From an uncultured bacterium (lineage in GTDB: Bacteria > Krumholzibacteriota > Krumholzibacteriia > Krumholzibacteriales > Krumholzibacteriaceae), in the NCBI GenBank assembly GCA_963786935.1, contig CAWBAN010000001.1:32001-96000 (forward strand): a stretch of DNA of 64,000 bases, read 5' to 3'. The position numbers were made by a program, and so were the translations under genes. The number at the start of each line of letters is the position of its first letter. Position 1 is the first letter of the stretch. Below, piece by piece: positions 19,540 through 29,702 of the stretch. The notes under the pieces were generated by a model, which made no database searches, was not told the origin of the DNA, and saw only the letters and a program-made list of their open reading frames with translations.

Positions 19540-20673
19540 ATGGAGGATGAATTGGCCGGTCGTCCGAATACGTTGCGAGTTTCGAGCCCGGGACGCGTGT
19601 GCCTCTTCGGCGAGCATCAGGACTATCTCGGGCTCCCGGTGGTGCCCCTTGCCATATCGCTCCGCGTCGCCGTCGAGGGCACGCGCCGGACGGGCATGAA
19701 TGTGAATCTCGAATTGCCGGACATCGGATCGAAAGAGCAATTCTCGCTCGAGGGACCGCTCCCGTATCAACGGAATCGCGATTACTTCCGAGGCGCCGTG
19801 AATGTCATGCGCCGCGCGGGCTACACGTTCTCGTCGGGATTCGACTGCGTCGCGCACGGGGAGGTTCCGATCAGTGCGGGAACGTCGAGCTCGTCGGCGC
19901 TAGTCGTTTCCTGGGTGAACTTCCTCGCGCGCATGAGCGATCATGGCGGCGAGCCCGCTCCCGAGGAGTGCGCCCGCCTCGCTCATGCGTCCGAGGTGCT
20001 CGAGTTCGACGAGCCGGGCGGTATGATGGATCAGTACACGGCGGCGTTCGGCGGGCTCCTGACGATCGCCTTTCATCCGGCCGTGCGGGTCGAGCGCCTC
20101 GATGCGCCCCTCGGGTCGTTCGTCCTCGGCGATTCGCGCGAGCCGAAGGACACCATGGCCATCCTCGCGCGCGTGAAGAATCGGGTGCTCGCGATCACAC
20201 GGCGCCTCGCCGAGCTGCATTCCGATTTCTCGCTTCAGACGGTTGAGCGTGATGGGCTCGATCGCTTCGGCGATGAATTGACACCCGACGAGCGGGCGCT
20301 CCTCGACGGAACGATTCGCAATCGCGACCTCACGCGGGAGGCTCTCGGTCTCCTGCGCGGCCCCGCGATCGATCATCGCGGGCTCGGCAGGCTGCTCGAC
20401 GAGCATCAGAGGGTGCTTCGGGAGGTGCTCGGCATCTCGACGCCCAAGATCGACCGCATGCTCGAGGCGGCGATGCGCGCGGGCGCATACGGCGGCAAGA
20501 TCAACGGGTCCGGCGGCGGCGGATGCATGTTCGTCTACGCGCCGGAGGACACGGAAAAAGTGGCCCGCGCCGTTGAAGGCGCGGGAGGCAAGGCTTATAT
20601 TGTGCGCGGCGACATCGGCGTCCGCGAGGATCCTCCGCGGCGCCGGCCATCGGTAAACGCAAAATCCTATTAG
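19540..20673 (+). CDS. galactokinase-like GHMP sugar kinase
   Basis: PGRVCLFGEHQDY, PISAGTSSSSA, G.MDQ, GGKINGSGGGG. Confidence 0.85.
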   Translation: MEDELAGRPNTLRVSSPGRVCLFGEHQDYLGLPVVPLAISLRVAVEGTRRTGMNVNLELPDIGSKEQFSLEGPLPYQRNRDYFRGAVNVMRRAGYTFSSGFDCVAHGEVPISAGTSSSSALVVSWVNFLARMSDHGGEPAPEECARLAHASEVLEFDEPGGMMDQYTAAFGGLLTIAFHPAVRVERLDAPLGSFVLGDSREPKDTMAILARVKNRVLAITRRLAELHSDFSLQTVERDGLDRFGDELTPDERALLDGTIRNRDLTREALGLLRGPAIDHRGLGRLLDEHQRVLREVLGISTPKIDRMLEAAMRAGAYGGKINGSGGGGCMFVYAPEDTEKVARAVEGAGGKAYIVRGDIGVREDPPRRRPSVNAKSY

Positions 20674-20691
20674 AAAGGGGAATGTCGCGTC

Positions 20692-21549
20692 ATGCATCCC
20701 AACATCGTCATTCTCGCCGGCGGCGTTTCGTCGCGGATGAAAAAGGCGCTCGCCAACGCCACGAACCTCGATCCGTCGCTCCGTCGCGAGGCGGAGCAGA
20801 AATCGAAATCGATGATCGGCGTGGGGAAGGATTCGCGGCCGTTCCTCGACTATCTCCTCGGCAATATCGCGCGGGCGGATTACCGCGACGTCGTCATCGT
20901 CGTGGGGGAGCGGGACAATTCGATACGGGAATACTACGAGCGGCGTGAGAATGCGGAGCGCTTCTCGAGCCTCGATATCTCATACGCGGCGCAGCCCATA
21001 CCGCCGGGCCGCGAGAAGCCGCTCGGCACGGCGGACGCGCTCCTCCGCGCGTTTCAGGCGGCGCCCCGCTGGAAGGGGCAGCGCGTCACCGTCGTCAACA
21101 GCGACAATCTCTATTCGGTCGCGGCTTTGAAGCTTCTCATGGGTGACGGCCACGACAACGCCCTGATCGACTACGATCGCTCGGCGCTCCGCTTCGAGCA
21201 GGAGCGCGTTTCGGCATTCGCGGTTATCAAGAAAGATGCGGAGGGATTCCTCGTGGAGATCGTCGAGAAGCCCTCGGCCGAGCAGATCGCCCTCGTCGCC
21301 GATGCCGGCGGGCGGATCGGGGTGAGCATGAACGCGTGGAGATTCTCGTTCGATTTGATGCTCCCGTGCCTCGAGACCGTGCCGCTCAATCCCGTGCGCC
21401 AGGAGAAGGAGCTCCCCACCGCGGTCAAGATGATGGTCGATCGGCGCCCGCGCTGCGTCTACACGATTCCGCTCTCGGAGCACGTGCCCGATCTCACGTC
21501 GCCGGCCGATATTGTGCGGGTCATCGAGGAGCTCAACGGCGCGCAGTGA
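20692..21549 (+). CDS. sugar-1-phosphate nucleotidyltransferase family protein
   Basis: ILAGGVSSRMK, KPLGTADA, NSDNLY, IVEKP, VSMN, EKELP. Confidence 0.8.
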   Translation: MHPNIVILAGGVSSRMKKALANATNLDPSLRREAEQKSKSMIGVGKDSRPFLDYLLGNIARADYRDVVIVVGERDNSIREYYERRENAERFSSLDISYAAQPIPPGREKPLGTADALLRAFQAAPRWKGQRVTVVNSDNLYSVAALKLLMGDGHDNALIDYDRSALRFEQERVSAFAVIKKDAEGFLVEIVEKPSAEQIALVADAGGRIGVSMNAWRFSFDLMLPCLETVPLNPVRQEKELPTAVKMMVDRRPRCVYTIPLSEHVPDLTSPADIVRVIEELNGAQ

Positions 21550-21551
21550 CC

Positions 21552-22106
21552 TCAGATCTTTCCGTGCGCCTTCAGTGTATCGATGAACGCCTGCATGAGC
21601 TGCTCAAGATCATGGGCACGTCTCTTTTCACAAGGATAGGTGGCCTTGATATACGGGCCGGGACCGGCGGCATCGGCATCGAGCTGCGCAATCAGAACAT
21701 GCGAAAAGGTATCCAGGTCGTCGTCACCGTACACATATTCGTAACCGACTCTTAGCGAGTCGTTGTAACCGTCGAGCACGACGTCGGTCGTATCGCCGTC
21801 ACTGCCGATAACGGAGAGAGTGACATCGGGCGTCAGAGTGATCCTGTTGTCAGCGAAGACATTCGTAACGATCACATAGGCCTCATATTCGGTGAGAAAC
21901 GGAAAGGGTCGAGGAACGCCCGCGGTTTGTCCCCCGTCCGGCCACAGGCCCTTATCCCCATCGCACGATTCAAGGATGGCGAGCAGCGCGGCAGTTGCGG
22001 CGCCTCTCCGTACGTGCGTCAGCACGGCCGATTCTCTCCATGGCCGAAATGTCTCCCGTGGATACTTCGGCACTGAATACGATGCGACTTGCCTAATCCG
22101 CAGCAT
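21552..22106 (-). CDS. radical SAM-associated protein with basic leader and lipobox-like Cys
   Basis: AAGGAGG RBS; MLRIRQVASYSVPKYP leader, then RRGAATAALLAILESC; start overlaps the rSAM stop by 14 nt. Confidence 0.65.
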   Translation of the reverse strand: MLRIRQVASYSVPKYPRETFRPWRESAVLTHVRRGAATAALLAILESCDGDKGLWPDGGQTAGVPRPFPFLTEYEAYVIVTNVFADNRITLTPDVTLSVIGSDGDTTDVVLDGYNDSLRVGYEYVYGDDDLDTFSHVLIAQLDADAAGPGPYIKATYPCEKRRAHDLEQLMQAFIDTLKAHGKI

Positions 22107-23262
22107 CGGCGCCCCTCCTTTTGATCGCGCAATCCTCGATGTAGGACGACAGGGGGAATGCCTTATCGTAGAACTTCCTTTCGAACAGGGCAACGTCCTG
22201 CTTCCATAATTGATTCGCGAGCTTGTCGACGATCGGCATGAGCATACGTTCATGCTCGCAGATAATGGGCGGAACGGTCGCTAGGCTCCCGGTCGCCCGC
22301 CAGTTCACGCACCCGCAGCAGGTCGCGCACCGTCCGGCGAGCGCGCAGCCGGCGCACGATTCCTTATCCCGGTAATTCTCCGCGACGAACCAGGCGCGCC
22401 GGGCCGCATCGAAACCCCTGAATACATCACCGATCGAATTATCGAGAAAGGATGCGTCATCCGCGCCGACAAACTGCACGCAGGGGTAGATCCTGCCGGA
22501 TGCGGCGATCGCGATCTGCGTGTTGGCGAGGTCGCACAGATCGCCTTTCCGGTACGGTTTCTGCGCCCACGTCTTGATGCGCTCGTCGAACGGGCTGTAG
22601 TACAGCTTGCGGCCCTTCGAGAGGGACTCGAAGTAAAAGCGGGAGAGGGTAGTGTACTGTTTCTTCAAGTCTCGCAGATCGGAACTCTGCCAGGGCGCGG
22701 AATAGTCGAGAGTCTGCAGCACGTACCGAAATCCGACGTCGAAGAGATGTTGCGCGCCCTCGGCGACGAAGGGGACCGTCTCCGGCACGATCACAGATAC
22801 CGCGATCGTGTACGGATTGAATTCGAGAATATCGGGTACGCGTTCCGCGACGCGTTCGTAGGAACCCCTCCCGTCCGCAAACCGGCGAACCCGATCGTGT
22901 TGAGCCCGGCTGCCGTCGATGCTGAGGACGAAGAACATCTCGTGATCGCGGCAGAACTCGAGAAGCTTCCTGTCGACGAGGGTGCCATTAGTCGACATCC
23001 GGAACCGCAGGTTCCCCTCGTAGCGTTTCTGAGAATAGGAGACGATCTGTTCGATGAGGGGAAACTCGAGCATCGGCTCGCCGCCGAAGAACGTGACCGC
23101 GCATGTGCCGTTGGAGTTTTCCGCGAGGAAGTCCATCGCCCGCCGTGCCGTATCGAGTGACATGCGCCTGTCGATCTTCTCGCCGGCGTAGCAGTAGGTG
23201 CAGCGCAGATTGCAGTTATGAGTGAGGCAGAGAGCGGCGTAATTGACGTGCGATAGTATCAC
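22093..23262 (-). CDS. radical SAM/SPASM domain enzyme
   Basis: CNLRCTYC, FFGGEP, STNG, SIDG; SPASM C..G.IYPC..CAGC..RC...CGC...IC. Confidence 0.9.
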   Translation of the reverse strand: MILSHVNYAALCLTHNCNLRCTYCYAGEKIDRRMSLDTARRAMDFLAENSNGTCAVTFFGGEPMLEFPLIEQIVSYSQKRYEGNLRFRMSTNGTLVDRKLLEFCRDHEMFFVLSIDGSRAQHDRVRRFADGRGSYERVAERVPDILEFNPYTIAVSVIVPETVPFVAEGAQHLFDVGFRYVLQTLDYSAPWQSSDLRDLKKQYTTLSRFYFESLSKGRKLYYSPFDERIKTWAQKPYRKGDLCDLANTQIAIAASGRIYPCVQFVGADDASFLDNSIGDVFRGFDAARRAWFVAENYRDKESCAGCALAGRCATCCGCVNWRATGSLATVPPIICEHERMLMPIVDKLANQLWKQDVALFERKFYDKAFPLSSYIEDCAIKRRGADAAD

Positions 23263-23435
23263 TGAAAGCCTTCCGCTGGAGACACGGAAACTTGTCCCCC
23301 CTTGCGGGGGTGCCTGCTCTGCGTGATCATGCCCAGGGGAAGCCGATACAATTCAATTGTACATAATGGCGATGGAGAATGCAATTGGAATGCTGTCCAT
23401 CCGGCATTTTATCGCGGCTGCGCTCTCCATGCCGC

Positions 23436-26400
23436 TCACGCAAGGTTCTTGATTTCGGTGAAGACTCGTTTGCGGAAGGGCACCTGCAGATAGGATAGCC
23501 TGAGCTCTTCTTCGTCGATCGTCTCCGTGATTTGCCTGATCGTTTCCACGGCGTCCCGGTAGTATGCGAGCGCCTTGTGCGGCTCTTCCTGACCCTTGTG
23601 ATACAGCGCGAGCTCCCGCTGAATCTGCCATGTAGTCTCGCGGGTACCCATCTTCTTGCTCACCCTGAGGGCTTCCGCGAGGATCTTCCTGGCGTCCTCC
23701 GAGCCTTCGTGCCGCGCAAGCATCCCCTTTCCGAGCAGGAGGAGCGGCTTCAGATACTCGCAGTGGATCGCTTCATAGTCTCCTCTGCCTCGCGAATATG
23801 CGGCGCTGCAAGCTTCGGCTTTCCGCGAGCCATCTGAATCATCGCCAGATTGATCAGGGCATGGACGACGTCGTCCCGATCCGAGGCTTTTCTGAAGAAT
23901 GCCAGCGCCTTCTTGGCGTGGGGAAGCGCCTCATCAGGCTCGAGCCTGTAGAGATGGTGCAGGGCGAATGCGATGGAGTGGTGCCCGAGGCCGATGTGGT
24001 TATCAGTCTTGAGTGCCCGCTCATATAATCGTTGGGCGCTGGCCATGAATTCATGATTCTTACATTCGCCAAATACAAGATACAGCATTGTCGGCTTGTT
24101 TAAGTAACTCACATTTGGCGCCTGTGTGTGCTCTCCCGCGATGATTTCTTCGGCTTTATTCAGCGCAATAATGGATTGCTCGTAATTTGCGATGCACCGG
24201 TACGCTAGCGAGAGGTTGGAAAGAGCGACGCATGCGGCTAGGTAGTTATTGTATCTTATTGCAGATCTGTGAGTCTCTTCGAGTGTATCGATCATTTTGT
24301 AGTAAGAACCCTCTGTATAGTAACAGCCGGCAAGAGAAGTCATGCTGGCAAGCAACCCAAGAAAGTTCTCGGTCTTCCTCTCCAGCTGTGCCTTTTTTGT
24401 GATATAATACCTCGCGACCTTGTAGTCCGCTGTGAAGAAACTCATGCAATAGAAATCATAGTAAATCCTGCTCTTTGCTATGGAGTCGACCTCTTGCAGA
24501 TTCTTGAGCACTCTTTTCTGAATCAACAATGCTTTCTCGTGCTTGCCTATGAGTTGGTAGCTATAGGCCAGGCTCGAAAGTGAAGCAAGATGAAGACTGA
24601 TATCCACCTTCCTGCTAAGGTTTGCTGCCTTCTCATAGTAGAGAGCGCAGTTGCCGATGTCCATATCTGCAATCAAGCAGTAGATGGCAGCTGTTAGTGC
24701 AGCATCTCCATCCTTCTTTGCTGATCGAAGCGCCCTGCGAAGTAATGCTTGTGAGCTCTTAATATCGCCCAGTAGGCCGAAGTGAATCTTGGCGATTTGT
24801 ATATAGTATTGTGCCCTCTGTACCGCGTTTGGAGCTGCAATAGCCAGGGATTCATAGTCCTTAATAGCTTCTTTCGGGAAACCGGTTCTGTGCTCGATTG
24901 GAGCGAGCTTGTGGAGAATAGCCAGGAGCTCTGATTCCTTTCCCTTACTCGAAACAAGAGCTTTTAGATCAAGAAGCAGCTTCAAACAATCAAATAAGAG
25001 GTAGGTGGAGAACATTTTATCAACTGCATCCAGGCTGTATTTGATGGCCAAATTGACTCGTTCGGCGGTTATGTAGAGGCGCGCTATTCGCAGGGAATCG
25101 CTGGACTTTACTGAGACCAAGTAATCAGCCAATCGTTCGGCATACTGCGGCATTATTCTGGCTGGCATATTTGCGATCACGAATCGTTGGTATAGAGGAT
25201 GAGCGAATGATACAGTTCCATCGCTGCGATTGCTGAGGATCGATCTATGTATGAGATCCGCCAGCGCCCGATCAGAACCCTCTAGGATGCCTTTCGTAAT
25301 TGGTTTCAAATCAGATTTGGACATGGGGCCGGCTATCGCGAGCAATCGCAGGAGCGCCGTATGCTCTTCGCTTAGATCCTTTAGGGTTGTCTCGAGAGAC
25401 TGATCTAGATCAGTAGGTATCCGTACCTGTTTGTAGCGCTTTCTGTCCAAAATCCAGTACCCAGCTTCATGCTGAATCAGATTTGCAGAGAGCATGTTCC
25501 TTAGAAAAGCAGAAATAAGCAGGGGAATACCTTGTGTTTCCGCTATAAGATCTTGTCTTTCCTTCTCAATAAGCAGCGTTCGGTCGAAACAGGCTACCAG
25601 CAACTTTTTCAATAGATCGTCATCAAAAGTCTGAATGTCGATTCGTTCTGCAAGGGAAGACCTTGCGATTCTGCCTAGTGCATCTGATGCCGCAATGCTC
25701 TTTATAGGGCCGGTATTCGTTGTTATTAGCAAGTTGATGTGTTGCTGCGAGGTTTCCATCTGCTTAAGGAGCTGGACTATGAAATGAAGAAGATCCTCGC
25801 TGCGGCGATCGGCGTCGGAGACCAATATCAAAAGAGGCCGTGAGTTGGAGATTTCTATGAGGAAATCGATAAGATGTGCGAAGATTACTATGGTTTTGTC
25901 CAGATCAGGATCGATCTTCGCATTATCTCCTTTGGTCTTTTTCCAAACAGACATCATTGAAAGAGGCTGTTTCTTGTCTTCCGCGCCCAGATGTGAACCG
26001 AGAGTATCTGTGAGTTGATCGAGTGAAAAGTGGTCCGAAAATGGAGCCAAGTCTATTGGCAGGAAGCCTTTGAGCTGGGCGCTCTGTGCCGCTTTCCCCA
26101 TAATAGCTTTCTTGCCGATCCCTTGAGGGCCGGAGAGAATTATTACTTGTTTCTTAGATGTAGTGTCTGTCAGGACACTGTTGATTTCTCCCAGTTCCCT
26201 TTTTCTCCCGATAAAGATGCTGCTTATTTTGAGTTCCTGATGGGGCGAAGTATCTCTAGCTATCATCTCGAAGGATTGAGTCGCTTCCTTTGCGTTCTTT
26301 GCGCGATCAGCGGGGTTTGGTTTGCACAGGTCTAGAATGAAAGAAGATAGAGCGGAAGGATTGCCAACGTCTGCATTTGCCAGTGAGTTCCTGAGCTCTG

Positions 26401-27058
26401 TATATACTTCTTCGAAATAGGTCTCGTCGATCACGTCTGATCGAGGGATCTCTCTGGATAGTATTGATTCGATAAGAGAGACTCCTAAGGCATAGAGATC
26501 GGTTGCAGAAGACTTGCGGGTGCCTTGAAGAAGTATCTCTGGAGCAAGGTATCGAACTGTGCCGCTCAGGAGTCTTTTCTCATCGTCCAAACTCATGGCT
26601 AATCCGAAATCAAGAAGCTTTGTGACTGCTCCACCGTTCTCATTTAGTCAATCACGATATTCTCGGGTTTGATGTCCCCATGCAGGATTCGATTTTTATT
26701 AAGATAGCTCAGGGCTTTCAGGGTCTGCCTGATGATTACGGGGATACGAAAAAAGTTCGTCTCTGTCTCGGAAAATTTAGATTCTCGCCTTCGACGACTT
26801 CCATCGTGAAATAGGGAATGTGTGGAGGCAGTGTTCCATAATCGAATACCTTGACAAGATTCGGATGCTGCAGCTTTGAAAGTGTTTCGAATTCTTTGGT
26901 AAGTGTTTCTTGCGCCGCTATATGTCGTCTGGAAGGATCTTGATGGCGAGAATCTGTTCCAGATGCGAGTCGTATGCTTTGTATACTTCGCCGAATCCAC
27001 CTGCGCCGAGCTTCTTCTCGATTCTGTATCGTGAAGGCAGTTTGTCGACGGATTTCAT
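23436..27058 (-). pseudogene. Ser/Thr kinase - STAND/AAA ATPase - TPR protein, broken by about 4 frameshifts (real or assembly artefact)
   Basis: [38 protein letters not shown] and GTVRYLAPE are spread over different frames; FIGRKREL, GPQGIGK; TPRs; breaks near 26920, 26745-26780, 26647 and 23778. Confidence 0.8.
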
Positions 27059-27064
27059 GCAGTC

Positions 27065-27093
27065 ATTCTACGGGGGGGCCTGCCAAAAGCCAA
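27065..27093 (-). promoter_or_regulatory. sigma70-type promoter giving a probably leaderless kinase mRNA
   Basis: TTGGCT-17-TAGAAT, then 6 nt, then ATG(27058); no SD sequence. Confidence 0.5.
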
Positions 27094-27094
27094 T

Positions 27095-27120
27095 AAAAAA
27101 CCCTCCCCGGATGGGGAGGG
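27095..27120 (-). terminator. rho-independent terminator
   Basis: CCCTCCCC-ATCC-GGGGAGGG-TTTTTT on the minus strand, downstream of the lipoprotein gene. Confidence 0.75.
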
Positions 27121-27160
27121 CTCGAGTAAGTAACGGTGATTACCTCCATTCGTTATGGGA

Positions 27161-27722
27161 TCAGTCTCTGGCCGTGTCCGAGTCTTCGGATCCTCCATAT
27201 TCGCTGAAGTGCTTCAGTTCGGCCTTCAGGGCGCCATCTTCCACATAGCCGCCGATGCTTTCCCAGAGGCCTGTTCCATCGTTGAGCCAGAGCACATCCC
27301 AAGCGCCGGATTCTTCTGCGGCCTTACCCAGATCCAGTCGCCAGGATGACTTCCGCGTGGAACTGGATCCCATGCGGGCTCAGCCGGACGATCGCTTTGG
27401 GGAACTCGGGCATCTCGATGCTGATCTCGGTGTCTTCCTTGAGAGCGCCGGGGGCGAAGTACACCGAGTAATAACCGTTGCTCACGACACCGCCGTCCTT
27501 GGCCGAGATCATCGCCGAGGCGACGGAGCTTCTCATAATGGCATTATCAATCCCCTTAGAGGCAGGTAGCAGCGTAGCGAAAGCAGGGTCTTCTACGCCG
27601 GGCATGGAAGGGGGGAGTGAGGGGGCGACAGGAGAGTTGGTCCCACACCCAAGAGCAGCCAGTACAGTGAGGAGGGTGATTGCCATCAGCAGGTTTCTGA
27701 GGGCTTTCTTTTCTCTACACAC
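27161..27722 (-). CDS. lipoprotein with ZU5-like domain and C-terminal HFS motif, +1 frameshift at about 27341
   Basis: AGGAGG-8-GTG; lipobox ALG-C; GG.V...F.PGAL..D..I, L.PHG.QF; second frame gives W...G.W...LKHFSEY. Confidence 0.65.
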
Positions 27723-27776
27723 GCTACCCACCTCCTAAGGGGGTTGAAAAACTTCTTGTTCGCTGGTAGGGGATAA

Positions 27777-27792
27777 GGCAATGCGGAGGCCA
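27777..27792 (-). promoter_or_regulatory. sigma54 promoter
   Basis: TGGCCTCCGCATTGCC (GG-N10-GC) about 55 nt upstream of the lipoprotein start. Confidence 0.7.
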
Positions 27793-28065
27793 CCGGTCGC
27801 GGGAGGGGGCTTGGGGGCCGTTCGAAGGCCCCGTGCGAGGCCTCCAAAACGCCCGTTCGACGCCCCGGCCGCACGTGCAACCAATTAATCCATAAGGAAA
27901 TACGAGACGCCGTGGAATGCCCGTTCTCTCCGCTCCGCCGCCTCAGATTTTGAAAAATCGACTGGCACCGGGGCGTTTGCGCGGATCCCGGCTGCGGATT
28001 TTTTTCTTATCTACGGGGGGGATTTCAGGGGGCTGCCCGGGTCTGCCGGGCCATTTGCAGAAGGA

Positions 28066-29523
28066 TCAATCGTTTACGAGGACTGGCTCAAATGATCCAT
28101 TTCGGAGTTTTTTCTTCGACGCCTCGGCCGCGATTCCGTGCTTTTTCATCTTGTACCTCAAGGTTCCTCGTCCGACCTTGAGAAGCCCCGCGGCCCGGGT
28201 CACGTTGCCGTCGGCGCGGGCCAGCGCGGCCACGATGATCGCCTTCTCGACCGCATCGAGCGGCACCCCGTTCGGCGGCAGATCGATGACGATCGTTTCT
28301 TCCTGTTCCTTGAGAGGGAGCGTGATTTCCCGTTGTTCCTTCGAGAACGGGAAATCGGCCGGCTCGATGGTGCCGGTCGCATTGAGGAGCACCGCGCGCT
28401 CGATGACGTTGATGAGCTCGCGGATGTTGCCCGGCCACGAATAGCGTTCGAGGGCCTCGACGGCGTTCTCGCTCAGCGAGACGCTCCCCTTATTGATGCG
28501 CGCCGAAAACCGCTGCGTGGACGCGACCGCGATCGGCCTGATGTCGGCGACGCGCTCCCGGAGCGGCGGGATGTTGATCTCGACCACGTTCAGCCGGTAG
28601 AAGAGATCCTCCCTGAAACGCCTCGTGGCGACGGCCTCCTTCAGGTTCCGGTTCGTCGCGGAGATGACCTTGACGTCCACCGGGAGAAACCGCGTGCCTC
28701 CCACGCGCCAGATCGTCCGCGAGTCGAGGAACTTGAGGAGCTTGGCCTGCAGCGCGTAATCGATCTCGCCCACCTCGTCGAGGAATATGGTGCCGCCGTT
28801 CGCGCATTCGAAGAGTCCGATCTTCTCCTCCTTCGCGTCGGTGAACGCGCCCGGCTCGTGGCCGAAGAACTCGCTCTCGAGCAGGTTGCGCGGGATCGCG
28901 GCGCAGTTGACGTCGATGAACGGACCCTCGCGCCGCGGGCTCGCGAGGTGCATCGCCTTGGCCAGCGCGCCCTTGCCCGTGCCGCATTCGCCGGTGATCA
29001 TGATCGAGGTCGTGTCGCTCGCCGCCACCTTGCGCGCGAGCTCGATCACCGCGCTCATCCGCTCGCTCTCGCCGACGATCTCCTCGAAGCCCTCGCGTGC
29101 CGCGGCGCGCTTCTCGAGCATGCGCGTGCGCGTGCGCCGCACGACGCCCTGCGCGGCGGCCGCGAGGATCTGCGAGACGTCTTCATCGCGGTACGGTTTG
29201 TGGAGAATGTGGCGCGCGCCGACGATGAGGGCGGCCCGGTCCGCCGCCTGAAGCCCTTCCGGCGCGAGCAGCACGATCTGCGTCTGCGGGGCGTTGTCCC
29301 GCCAGGCGCGGAGCGACGCGAACGTCGATTCGATATCCTCCGCGGATGCTCCCTCGTCGATCGAGAGGAGGAGCATCTGCGATTGCCGCGTGTGCCTCGC
29401 CGCGATGAAGTCGCCGACGGACGAGAAATGCTTCGCCCGCCACCCGCTCTCCTCGCAGAGACGCGCGAGGCTCTCGCGGACGCCGTCCGCGGATTCGATA
29501 ATGCTCGCGATCAATTGAGGCAT
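28066..29523 (-). CDS. NtrC-like sigma54 activator with atypical (pseudo-)receiver domain
   Basis: GECGTGK, GAFTDA, FLDEVGE, WPGNIREL, HTH; REC-like N-terminus with HKPY; start at MPQL (29523). Confidence 0.88.
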   Translation of the reverse strand: MPQLIASIIESADGVRESLARLCEESGWRAKHFSSVGDFIAARHTRQSQMLLLSIDEGASAEDIESTFASLRAWRDNAPQTQIVLLAPEGLQAADRAALIVGARHILHKPYRDEDVSQILAAAAQGVVRRTRTRMLEKRAAAREGFEEIVGESERMSAVIELARKVAASDTTSIMITGECGTGKGALAKAMHLASPRREGPFIDVNCAAIPRNLLESEFFGHEPGAFTDAKEEKIGLFECANGGTIFLDEVGEIDYALQAKLLKFLDSRTIWRVGGTRFLPVDVKVISATNRNLKEAVATRRFREDLFYRLNVVEINIPPLRERVADIRPIAVASTQRFSARINKGSVSLSENAVEALERYSWPGNIRELINVIERAVLLNATGTIEPADFPFSKEQREITLPLKEQEETIVIDLPPNGVPLDAVEKAIIVAALARADGNVTRAAGLLKVGRGTLRYKMKKHGIAAEASKKKLRNGSFEPVLVND

Positions 29524-29589
29524 CTCTCGCAGCTCCGCCTTCAACCCGATTGGAAAATCCCGATAGTTAGGGTTATCCGCTGGAAATCC

Positions 29590-29605
29590 AGCAAATTGCA
29601 TGCCT
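29590..29605 (-). promoter_or_regulatory. sigma54 promoter
   Basis: AGGCATGCAATTTGCT (GG-N10-GC) upstream of 29523. Confidence 0.7.
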
Positions 29606-29702
29606 CGCCCGCAAATATTTGAATGAATCGGAGCGATCTGGTATGTTATGAATAACATTCGGTTTCGGCTCGATCGGCCCTATCGAAGAGGTAGCCTGCC
29701 CT

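Noticed and set aside
21552..27800. Calling the AT-richer block a defined mobile element
   Set aside because: No integrase, transposase, tRNA or flanking direct repeats seen; only composition supports a foreign origin
27963..27980. TGGCAC...TTTGC as a sigma54 promoter
   Set aside because: GG-GC spacing is not 10 nt and no co-oriented gene follows
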